The position numbers were made by a program, and so were the translations under genes. Shown piece by piece: positions 13,542-28,496 of a stretch of DNA of 64,000 bases. The notes beneath the pieces are model-generated. The model did no database searches, had not been told where the DNA came from, and saw only the letters and a list, made by a program, of their open reading frames with translations. The stretch covers positions 248,001 to 312,000 of the forward strand of contig DF236971.1 in assembly GCA_000708835.1 (NCBI GenBank), read 5' to 3'. Numbering within the stretch: the stretch's first letter is position 1; every line of letters begins with the position of its first letter. Source of the DNA: Klebsormidium nitens (Eukaryota; Plantae; Klebsormidiophyceae).

Positions 13542-16418
13542 TTATGAAAAGGGCAACCATCCTGTTCGTTTCTTCGGCAACTCTTGTGCTTCTTGTTGCG
13601 TGCTCGTCGACTGCGCTTCCATCTGTTTCGACGACACTTGCGACTCAACGTTCTCCGACGGTGGTAGACTCAACGGTAAGGAAGGCGGCAACAAGCTAAT
13701 AACCTGATGGCCAGCACTCTGACCGCTTTTTGAAGCTTCTAGCAAGCCTAGGCGCTCTTTTAGTTGCCGCAACTCTTCCTGAGTCGCTTTGTTCATCTCC
13801 AAAGCTTCCCGAAGTTTTGCGTCCATCTCTTCCGACCGCTGTACACTTTTCTGCAAGGCACCAGCGGACCTGGATATGAGCAGAAAGAATACATACTCCG
13901 GACAAGACGTCCGGAGTATGTCTTTCGTCATGATTCCATTGGCGCCCTTGTCACGGGATCTTGCCGGACCTTGCAAAGCGGACGAGATTGGCTCCTCAGA
14001 CGAGTTGAACACCTTCCAAACCACTCTGATATCGATTGTGAGATTCAAACCTCCAACCAAATCAAATTCAAATGTCAAGTAACTTTTGTCTTCCAACCGA
14101 TGAACCCGAAGAACGTTTTGCCTATCATTCTCAACCAGTCTTTTTGAAGCACTATCACGCCTGCTCACAGTCTTCAGGAGCCGCCGGCGTTTCTACTAAC
14201 GACTGCGTGTGCTCTTCTGGCCACCTCTTTGGCTCCCCGACAAAAAGACATGTGCACGACTGACTTCACCAGAGAGAATCTGCTTGTGCCATAGATCAAA
14301 AAGGTAAAAAGCGCTTACCTCCTGAGCCTCTCGCGCTGCTTCTGTCTTCCGGTAGTCCGACTGGGCGTTCCGTTGGTACTCCCACACCAGAATTCCGGCT
14401 GCGACCTGTGAAAGAGCAAAGGCTTCAGCGGCGCATTCCAAAGCCGCTGCGCGCGATCGAAAGCACGTCGAACAAAAGTCAGACAAAGTGCGTTAGCGGG
14501 CGTTTCTCCCCCCCCCCCAAAATCTCTTCAAGAAACTCAGAAAGGCTTCAAAAGCTCTTCTTTTCCAGGCAGATAGGGGTGTCGACATCCTAGAGTGACT
14601 TCAAGTCAAGTAAAGTCAAGCCCCCGTTGTTCGGATACCGAGTTTTTTTGACTGTTCTCTGTGCGGCCCGCAGCAGAGGAAAGACGAACGGTCCCGTGAA
14701 TCCATTGTGAAGGGCCTGTGCGAGAGAGTCTGCGCCGCACTGAGAAGTACCAACTTCGAATCAAATCCGCTCAGTATTGCTTCCAAGGTGGACAAGCAGC
14801 TTTGAAATGGTTCCTCACGGAACAGTTTCAGTCCTCGTTCCCACTCGAAGAACACGCACAACTCAAATTGAAAGAGAACGGCACTAAGAGCGTATTAAGA
14901 CTCGCAGGCTCCGGGAATCCGTTCAGTTTTTGAGGGATGAAAGAACCCTGGTAAGTTGAGAATCCAATTAAAAGAGTGTGCTAGAGAGCTGGTACAATTA
15001 CTTGGTAGATAACTAGTCAGAAACTCAGCCCGGAGTTTGTTGTGCAGAATTTCTTTCATATAAAAGCAACGACACCTTATCTATCGACGGTAAAAGGTAT
15101 GTAAGGATAAAAGCGCTCAGCCAATGTGAACAGGCTCCAAAAGATGAAGCGCCTGCCTCTTCGAATATGACTAAGAGCCTGGATGACCATCCAGAAACCG
15201 TTCCAGAATAAGTTCAACAACTTTACCACACGTGCTCACCGAAAAGATGGTGACTTCTCCAACCAGGTCTGCCGCAGTCTGCAAAGCCCTCTCAGCATTC
15301 AGCGGCCGGATCTCCACGTCCGTGTCTTGCGCATACAATCGCCGTTGCATGTTGACATTGTACCGATGGTACTTCTGCACGTCAAAAGGACACGGTCACT
15401 ATTCATCTTCGATATGACACTTAGTAAAACTGGATTCCACCTGGTCTCGGATTCCAGTGCATTCGTCCTCTTACCTCGTGGGCAACAGATTATCTTTCTT
15501 CCGCGGTAGAATCTGTTCAGCGTTCCCGTCCAATTGAACGCTTCTGGCTTCGTCTGAAATCGTTCTGCGCATATCAAAGAGAACGCCCGACTGGCAGCCC
15601 ACCATAGTGAGTGATTTTAAAGCCCTTTTTGGCAGAGCGATTGAAGCAAACTTTCCGCAGATGTGACTTGGGGTTCTGAAAATCAGGCAGGCAAAAAGCG
15701 AAGACCTTGCCTACACTTCTTGGATAATACAGACCACAGCAATGACAGCAGCGGATTAGGGAAGCTTGGAACAGCACAACCGGAACAACCACTAGCAGGG
15801 GAGTAAGTTGCAATCTATTACCGCGCAGATTCTAGGTTGCACCATTTCATGATCAGCCAACTGTGACTCTGTTGACTCTAGGAATAACACCCTCACTAGG
15901 AGTGAGGGTGCAGACAAGGCAAGGTGAAGAAGACGGAGTCGCACTTGTCAACGTGACGTTCATGAATCACCGTTTGTACTTTGAAGAGTGTTCGGGTATA
16001 TGCATACACTTCCCAGGTTATCAGCATGTATTGAGGACGCTTTTGAAAGGCCTGTAAAGCTTATTTCTTGTTTCAACCACAGGCTAGACACCATTCCAAA
16101 AGGGAGAGAGTACCAAGATTACAAAGCCTACTAAGATCAAACTCCATATAAACACAACTTTGTAACTTACATGGACAAGCCCAAGAGTCGATAGAGTGCA
16201 TGTACAAAGTTTCAAAAACCTGCCCCTAATGAGTATGGAACTCGAAGACGTGAGAAGGCCTGGAACCTGCAAACGTTGCTGTTTCTCACCTGTGCTACTC
16301 CCGTAACCCATTCCCGAAACACCTCGTTCCGTACCGCCACCCGCTTCACCTGAGCTGCCAGCGGCTTTGTGAGCTGCCGCAGGAGCAGAGTCCCAAGCTT
16401 AGCTACGGGGAGAATCAT
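13542..16418 (-). CDS. OPA3: OPA3-like protein (4 exons)
   Basis: Exons 16418-16290, 15374-15240, 14405-14319 and 13850-13542, all phase 0 GT-AG. Protein MILPVAKLGTLLLRQLTKPLA...IRPLNAERALQTAADLVGEVTIFSVAAGILVWEYQR matches the OPA3 family. Confidence 0.9.
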
Positions 16419-17926
16419 CCCAGGCTTTTACTAGGCTTTTACTAATTGTAGTTCTGACTGTATGTAATCATTGAACTGAACGTTTGAAGGAAGCTGTCTA
16501 GGGGACTCAAAATGCTGGTATTCTCTACAGTAAGCAAAGTAGGTGGTTATTAGTGCCGCACCACTGTGGCCTATCCAGAGGTCCTTTCAAGTCTTTCCTC
16601 AGACAAGGGCAGGTTGGCTTGCTCTGAAAATCAATTGGCGTGGGCCTGACAAGTTGCCGAAACAATGAGGCTAACAATCGTGACCTGCAGGTTATCAAAG
16701 GTGCGGATCAGTCAGCTTCATGTGGCGCGAGAAGGCAACCAGAGAAGGGCTTTTGAGCTTCACATGCCATGAAGAGCTTGCGCATCAGAACCTTGCACAA
16801 ACCGCCAGCCTTTGCAGAGCTATCGATTTGATAAAGGAGAAAGTACAGAATGCTTAACAAACGACGATACATGAAGCGGGATTGAAATGCTCGCTTGCCC
16901 CAATGGAGACAAATCAGATGTAAAGACCGCCTCCTTTGGGGGTAATGAACGTGCTCAAGATAGGAATTGCCGGAGAAGATGAAGAACATACCTGTCTCGA
17001 CGATGTCCCTGTTCTCCAGCGGATTGCTTTGTCCTGGAAGTGGCGATGCTTGACCTGAAGCAGCGTCTTTGAAGTCTAGACCTTTCGACTCTGTTCCGTG
17101 GATATGAAACTTTGAAAGCATGAGGCGCCACCATCCGACGTTTCTTCTTCCTCATCTGCTGCAGACTGCCAGTGCAGTGCAGAAAGTGCAGAAACTACGA
17201 TCAGGGTTGCGCTACCCTGTGCAAGAAATCAAAATTATTGACACTGCGGCGCCGGATCTCCTCAAAACCGTGCGCGCTGCCTAGAAGGCTAGATTTGTGG
17301 TGTCAACGTGGTGCGAAACCTTGAGCTCCCTGTGTGCATGCAATTAGTGCAGCAGCCTCAGAGTCAGGGTCGCTGCCAACACGGCCAACAGGAAGGGGCG
17401 CTTCGGATCGGAGCGCGCAGGAAATAGCACTTCGGGCCTGGCAGAGATCTCTGTCGATCCAGGCATAGCACTCCCGTCAGAGCCCGGATGAGCTAACCCT
17501 CGGCAGATGCGCTTGTTGGAGTTGCGGCATGCTTGGGAGCAGGCACGTCGGCGCACATTGCCATTTTGCAAGTCAACTACGAGTGCGAGCTCTTGGGGTT
17601 GCGGGAAGCAAGCGCTGATGAGATCAGCATTACCTGCCAGCACACTCTCTAATGCTGTGCGCCTGCCTGATCTGCATTATCAATCGACCTTACGGCAGTC
17701 TGTTGGTGCCCCCTCAATAGCCTCCACATTTCTGAGCCAGCATTCGACACCGAAGATTCTCCACTTAAGAAGGCCCTTGAACCAATCCGGCTGTGATTCA
17801 CAAAGGTCTCTTCACAGTCTATCAACCCACCCAGAGGCACCGATCAATCAGAACGTCAATCTACCAGCAAACAAGCTGCGCATTGGTCATTCCAGATTGA
17901 CCTCCACTCTTCTGTCAAGAATCTCA

Positions 17927-21713
<3,787 letters not shown>

Positions 21714-23162
21714 GCGTTTCTACTTCTCAAGAAGCGACTGACTTTTGCAAAAGCATAACAAGTGTTCTGCTCACTGAAAGAGGATCGCCTGATATGAATC
21801 TCTATTGCGCAAGTCATGAAATAGCTCGACATCTCAATGTGAGATACACAGAGGTTGTGCTTGATTGCTAAGGTTTTTCATTGTCGCAGAGAGTTTTACC
21901 CCAATAGTGGATGCTTGCATAGAGATTTTTGGCGTGCAGACAAAGTTCCATACATGAGCATCACTCGATCCTCATGTCCATAGACTTAGTACTGCTTTAG
22001 CCCCTCTCTAGGCCTTTAGTAGCCAGGTATCATGTGCTTCAAGGAATACTGCATGAGACTCAGTATTCGGTGAATAAAAGTTGCTCAATGTAGGAGTTTC
22101 CGGTCGCATGTTGAAATCATGCATGATCCTGTTTTCTGATTCTGATCATGCACGCCTTTGATGCGCACGTCGGCTTCAAGACAATTGCAACCATCCGACC
22201 TTGCCCAAATGTGCCAAAATGTCCGAGCTACCCGGATGGTCAGACGCCGAAGGCCGAGACCATGACGGTTGTGGTCTCTTTTCGTTTTCGCCGTAGCAAA
22301 ATACTCTAAGGCCTAAGGCTTCTCATGGCATACATATGTGGTTTGTGTTTCTTCTACTTCTACTTCTTCTTCTACTAGTGCTTTTGTGTACTCCACTTAA
22401 CATTTGCAATGCCGGCCTTGCACCGTACCCACCATTGCTACATTGTCCTCAAGACACACTACATTCTCCTTCTCTCCTCGATCAACACGTACACACTCTC
22501 TAAAAATCGTACAAGCTGCTCAGCATGTCAGCAATGTACTTGGGGGATTGGGTGGATTGGGGACTGCAAATTGGAATTGGAGATTGGGTGACATGGCGAC
22601 TTGCTACGCTGGGGGCCAGCCCGCCTGCAGTCTGATAACGTCGGTGCATTATGCATTGCATGCATGGCATTTAGTAGCTACTGACCCTGAACCGTTCGAT
22701 GATGTCCCTGACTCGCTCGATGGAAGGTGGTGCATGCACTCGGGATCCGCTGCTGCATGCGACTGTCGCTGCTTGCTGATTTGCGGGTCACGTGGCCCCT
22801 AGCTAAGCAAGCGAGGAATCCGAGGATGCCGACAGGCTACAATGGCGTTCGAGTTCACAGTGGTGAGAAGTCTCGGATCCCTTTAGAGCTCAAGCTCTGG
22901 TGGTGAATGCAGATCAAGCCCTTCAGGGTTCATTTTTGTAGGGGGAGGAATATGAGTTAGAGATGGTCGTTCAGGCCTTGGCAGTGGGGCGCCCGCTAGG
23001 GGCCGCCCCTGGAGCAATTAGGAGCTTTGTCAGGGCGCTGCATGCGAGGTACGGCGCTTCCTGACGTTCCTCTCCTCTGTTTCATATCACTAGGAACCTT
23101 TTTTTGAACCTTTGAGGACTTAATTGGCTCCCGTACGCACTGCATGCTTACTGCATGCTTAC

Positions 23163-23879
23163 TGCGTCATTCCAGGGCAGCCATCGCTGCAACTGGTGAT
23201 GATTGCAGCATAAGGGGTTGCAAATATTGTGGTCTCTTCTCCTTTGTACTTCTGATCTGTGGAGGAGCTGTAACAAGCAAGGTCTTTCAAAGCATTGTCA
23301 AGTCAGCTCGAGTGCCATTCTGAGGTTTCCAAGCCAGTGGACAGTTCTAGTATTCTATCTTTTGTTTTGACAGTCAAGCTTGGCAAGTTTACTTGATTGA
23401 TCTGTGCCCCTTCAAAGCGGTGCTAGAAACACCATGTGGGCTGTCCAGATGCAGCCAAGATAGACAGATCTAGAAACATTACGTGGCACTCCTGTCTGGG
23501 AGTTGTAGCCCATTGGAGATCTTCCAAATAGGCAGAGCCTACTATATCCACAAATCTTAGGGCAAGAATTTCAGCACTGCAGCAGTTTTGAGGAGTGAGC
23601 TGATTAACATTGAAAGTGTGAATGCTGGGTTTTTGCACCGTCAACTGTCTTGACTACCTTGACAGAAGGGGTTTTTTCAAATGGTTGGATGTTGGTCGTT
23701 GCGCCAAAGTAGTCTTCAATTAGACTGTTAGTTGACCATCTACATTTGTCCTCGGACGTTTCATGGTTCCAGTCATTTGGTCTGGATTGCTTTGCAAAAT
23801 CCGTATTGAAAGCTAAGTAGGAAGCTGCTAAACAGAGATTGTCTCGTTTCGTCTCCAACAAGCGCTTTGTCACCCTCAC
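23163..23879 (-). CDS. Possible multi-exon gene or fragment of unknown function
   Basis: Three stop-free segments (..-23658, 23599-23483, 23267-23163) joined by GT-AG phase-0 junctions. No start codon found, and it abuts the 5' end of the + strand membrane gene. Confidence 0.3.
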
Positions 23880-23906
23880 TCTTGTTCCTCTGCTCCTGTT
23901 TTTCAG

Positions 23907-26900
23907 GCCCCTTCCAGTCCCCAGTGCCCGAAGACTCCCAAGTGTTAGACCTGCTTCCCGCGTCTATGCTTCTTCTCATTTACGCCCCACCAAGCCCTTT
24001 CTCAAGCGCTTACACTTTCGGGAGTCAGCCCCTTTGAACACCCAAATCATGAGGCGTTTTGCACTGCGCGCGGGTTCGAACAAGGGTGGGAACACGCCCG
24101 TCGATGAGAAAAGGGCCCCCGACGGCTCGCCCCCGAAGGAGGAAGCGGATCGGAGACTGCAGCAGGAGGGGGAGGGATGGTGGAAGACGGAACCGGAAAA
24201 GAAAGGGGAAACGGACGCCATGGTCACATGGCCCTCGGAAAAGATTACCGAGGTCTGGAAGGTGTTTTTCAAGCCCAACATGGGGTACACCGACACGTTC
24301 GGGTTTTCGGTGCCGATGCGTAAAACGGACGACAACGTGAGTACCATAGTTCTTTGGGGCGTCCTGGTTGCGGCATCGGGAGATTGGCTGATTATCAATG
24401 TCTGATTTGTTTTTGGAGCGCAGCCTTTCTTTGCTCTAGTCCTCTGCGGGCTTTTCTAGACTTCTTGATGTGCGATCAGAGAGTCAATTTTGATGGTTGG
24501 GCGGAAGAAAGCTTGCAAGCAGAGGCAATCAAGCTGTGAAGAAGCCCCTGCGTGGTTGCTCGGGAGACCTTCTCTGAACGCCATTTCCGTCGGGCGACGA
24601 TGATCTGTAGCTCGAACAGAGCGAAAAGGCGGAAGAATGATGAGCTTTTGGAGATTTTCAGACGAATTGTTTGCGAAGGACCGAGTTGAAGCAACCAGGT
24701 TCGGTCGCCCTCCCTCTATCGAAGTCTGCAAAGTCTTTTCCTGTATTTACTCGACTCACTGTGCTTGTGCCTTCCTCGAGTTCTTTGAGATACGACACTG
24801 CAACGTCCTTCTTGCCCTTACCTCCTCTGTTGCATGTCAATCTCAATCCCTTCAGATCCCCTCCTCCATTAATTTCAGATATTATTCACTTTCTCAGATG
24901 AACGGCGTTTGTGGTGCCTTCCCTTAACACGAGCCTCTGGAGTTTCCAAAGACGGAATCATATCCGCAATTCAGTTCCCCCCTGCATCCACAGAAAACGG
25001 AATCAGATTCGTTAAGCTGGCTTCTGACTTCTTTTACGTGGTGCAGCGCTCCCCCGAGGAGCGTGCAGCGGCTAGGGCGCGTGCGGCGGAGGCCGCTGTC
25101 AACATCGACGATGCGGAGCGCAGGCGGCGCATGCTCCTGGGGCTGATTCTCCTGGTGAGTGACGTCACTTGAAGTGCACTCGGTAACCTCCACGAAGTCT
25201 TTGACAGCAGTAGATAAGGACACCAGAGTTGTTAATAGCCTCATCATGCCTGCTCCATTCTCCCCTAAACCGAAGCAGCCGTGGTAATTTTCTTTGATAC
25301 GCGTCTTGAAATGAACAATATCTGTTGGGTGTGTCAGCCGGATCCACTTGGGCCGAATGTAATGCTCGATCAAAGGACTCTTCTCGTGCTCGCCGTATGT
25401 TTTGAGGAGGTTGTCAGATTGAAATCTGGCGCTTCACTTGGTTTCTGTGAACAATCTTTCCGCAGCAATATCACCGTGATTTGCCCGAACAGCCGTATTC
25501 TCCGCTCGGTTTCGCTGTCTTAGTCTTCAAGGAGACAACTTGTCTGTTTTATGTTGGATTAGATTCACACTCCGTTGTTGGGTTTTAGTGCATCGGCTTG
25601 GAGCCGTTTACCTTCCTTCACAAGAACGATCGGGCCGGTTCCTTCTCCAACATGATAGGTCTGTGCATTCGGTTGCGTTCCCGTTCCGTTGTGCAGGGCG
25701 TGAGCGGAGTTATCGCCACGATCATGGTTCAAAACCGCGCGAGCCCGTGGGAGCGTTTGTATATTCTGCCCATCTTCTTCCTGGGCGGCGCCGAGTTCGT
25801 GTCCGGTCTGACGGGTCTCTGATCCATAGCCTTTGTAAGTTTCTCTTAGCCCGAAAACGCTTTTGTTGTTGTTGTAGAAAGTGTCTGTAAGTTTCTTCGG
25901 CCTCAATAAGTTCTCGTTCTTTTAGGCAGTGATCGCTTGTCTCCGGTTTGACGGGTCTCTGATCCATAGCCTTTGTAAGCTTCTTCACCCTCGCATCAAA
26001 AAGCCCTCGTTGTTCCAGGAAGTGATTGCTTGTCTCTGATTTGACGGGTCTCTGATCCATAGCCTTTGTGAGTTTCTTCAGTCTTCGAAAGCTCTTGTCG
26101 CTCAGGGACTTGCTTCTTTGCTCCCGCCTTACGGTTCCTTGAGTTATCGCGGTTGAGACTTTTCTCAGCCCCAGAGATCTCTTGTGCCCTACTGCACTAG
26201 TGGTCGCGGGGATTTCAAAAATGTGGTGGAAAGCCTTGCGTAGTGGCCGTCGATATATCTCGACATTGAAGGTACCCGTGCTACAGTATCTGCCAAAAGA
26301 CTTGCTTTGCCTGTATCTACGATTCGCTCGTCCGAAAACGAAAGCGATAGGTCGTTTTTGGCTCTTCCTTGCGCCGAAAGCCAAACCTTTTTAAAAGCTG
26401 AGGCCTTGTCAAGCGCGTCGTTATCAGGAATGCCTCTCATTTCGCGGATGGTACTGTTGCTGACAAATTCATCGCCGTTTTCAAAAGAGGCACCGCTACA
26501 AGAGGGACTTCAGTGCTCAGCGGCGAGTCGCCAAAATGAAGCCTTTGGAATTGAATCCTGACTTCCTCTAGTCAAGCTTTCTGAACGTGGATTTGTGTCC
26601 ACTGCAGGCCAGTGTCTGGGATGTGGACGGCACTGGCATGCAAAAGGTGGACGACCCGGCGGTCGATATGCGCATTCGGAAGGTGGGTTAACCTCAGAAC
26701 CTCAAAACCCGGATCCGGAACTTAGAAAACTCTAGAACTCCAAAAGCCTTAAAGCTCATCAGCCTTAGCTGCGTGTAGCAGTTTGCCTACTGAACATCGT
26801 TTGCTGACGAGCAGAAGTTGAACCATGTCACCAGTTCTTTCATCGAGCGACGCAGATGCTTTCAGCAATTTGCCGGCTCATCATCGTCTGCTTTTAGGAA

Positions 26901-27573
26901 AGCTGAGCGAGTTTGTCCTGGTCATCTTGTAATCCGATATGTGACTGTTCTCGGCTGATCGCGCTTGCTTGTTTTTAGAATGTTGTCGCGTGGTTGCACC
27001 CATTATTGCGGATGAGAAAGCCCCCGTAAAGGCAAATCAAAGCTGTCCATCGTGGTCCATCTCACAAAATCCGTGGTTCAAGCTTCTGTAGGACGAGTAC
27101 TCTGGAGGAGCGCGTGTGGGAAGTCAGAAAGCAAACTGCCGTTCTAACCAATCTAGAATTTTGTGCAATATTATCTGGAGTTTTCTCCGTTTTGAAGGAG
27201 TCAACGTGAGCAATTCCTCTCGTGTCCCTGGACGAACATTATTTATTTCCTCCTTTAAGCAATTGACGTGCGCCGCCCACAAAGCGTTTCTGATCCGAGT
27301 AACTGTAGCGAACTGCTCAAAGTAACGCCTTTCTCCGTCACTCTGCAGAAAGTGGTTGTCTTCGTACTAAGCTACTCCCTTCTCTGTCTCCTGGTTGTCG
27401 GGCCATTTGCTTTTTGGTCACTGTAACCCGGTTGGAGGGTCGAGATTTAGAGAAGATGTATGTAGACGCCTCAAAGCTAGTGTTTTCTGGTGCAGAAAGT
27501 GGTTGGTTTCGTCTCGTTTGGGGCGGTGGCTTCGCTGTTCGTTATTGGGGCGTTCTGCTTCTACCCGCTCTGA
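23907..27573 (+). CDS. Putative membrane selenoprotein (in-frame UGA = Sec at 25820-25822)
   Basis: Exons ~23907(or ATG 24049)-24336, 25047-25154, 25697-25834, 26608-26682 and 27496-27573, all joined in phase 0 by GT-AG. Product ...NIDDAERRRRMLLGLILLGVSGVIATIMVQNRASPWERLYILPIFFLGGAEFVSGLTGL-U-SIAFASVWDVDGTGMQKVDDPAVDMRIRKKVVGFVSFGAVASLFVIGAFCFYPL*. SECIS 48 nt after the stop. 5' end unresolved. Confidence 0.88.
25789..26075 (+). repeat. Three tandem copies of the UGA-containing exon end plus splice donor
   Basis: TGACGGGTCTCTGATCCATAGCCTTTGT(A/G)AG occurs at ~25809, ~25949 and ~26042. Confidence 0.9.
27349..27426 (+). CDS. Duplicated alternative terminal exon of the selenoprotein gene
   Basis: CTCTGCAG acceptor at 27348, then KVVVFVLSYSLLCLLVVGPFAFWSL*TAA. 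Same 25-aa length and phase as exon 27496-27573, and alignable with it. Confidence 0.6.
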   Translation, partial: KVVVFVLSYSLLCLLVVGPFAFWSL

Positions 27574-27621
27574 TAGAGGTCTCGTGACCAGTAGCTTGCA
27601 TGACTCGGTGCGGTAGGCAGC

Positions 27622-27698
27622 GTAATCCTAACCCCCATGACTGCTTCTCCCGAAAAGAGCTCGTTTCTTGGGAAAAGCACGAACTCGGTTAGGATTAC
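27622..27698 (+). promoter_or_regulatory. SECIS element (eukaryotic type II)
   Basis: Helix I GTAATCCTAACC/GGTTAGGATTAC (12 perfect bp). Core ATGAC (27637-41) opposite CGAA (27680-83). Helix II TGCTTCTCCCG/TGGGAAAAGCA (11 bp, 1 mismatch). Unpaired AAA (27653-55). Apical mini-stem AGAG/TTCT. Confidence 0.92.
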
Positions 27699-28496
27699 CT
27701 GACCAGCTGCAAGTGGGTTAGTGCAAGCTAGGAAAGTGAAAAGTTGGCAGACAGTCTTGTACGATAGTCAATTTAATAAATGAATCAACCTACCATTTTT
27801 CAAAAGCCTCCCTATCCTCAAGCTGGCAGTCCAACGGTTCCTGAAGTACCGGCAATCTGTGCGAGTTGCTCGCAAGTGTGGGTATCCCACCAGTGAGGGT
27901 GAATACAATTAGATTGCTGCTTGCATAGATGCATATGTTCGCGATGACATAATCTTCGACGTCTTGATACATTGAACAGAATTTGTTATCCTTGCGTCTA
28001 ATTGACCAAGTACACTGAAAGCATCTCATTGTTGAAATTATGGTTGTGGCAATATCAGCCCGATGTTAGGCCGGCAATTTGGATAGGTACATGACATTGC
28101 GCTGCATATGATGACGCGAATGTTAAACCATACGGACGTACATCTATATGTGGTCAGCCTATTCACAACTTGGTCGGGCAGGTTCACGATTATGTGCATA
28201 GGGTGGATGACAGCAACTACTGTGGTACTTGCAATTTTCCCTGAGGTGTCCACTCATTGTTTGGAGGGCGTCGTCGATTCTTCCTCACATGCTCCCTCTA
28301 ATCCGCTGTCTTGAAATTCAGAAGCCCTTACTTCTAATACTTTCTACTGAAGCAATCTTTTAAGTGTGGAATCGCTATCTACTCAGCTCTTTGTAGTATG
28401 CGGATTCCGGCTTCACGAGATGCTGAACGGATTGGGACTCTGAGATAGATTTTCAAGCACAGCTTTCCTACCTTACAAGGTGCTTTGACAACAACC

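Noticed and set aside
16708-17643. Minus-strand ORFs between OPA3 and the BtuF-like gene
   Set aside because: There is no family similarity or consistent splice structure; likely UTR or promoter sequence.
25722-26384. 220-aa minus-strand ORF with repeated KKLTKAMDQRPVK
   Set aside because: It is the antisense shadow of the triplicated selenoprotein exon end and has no independent coding signal.
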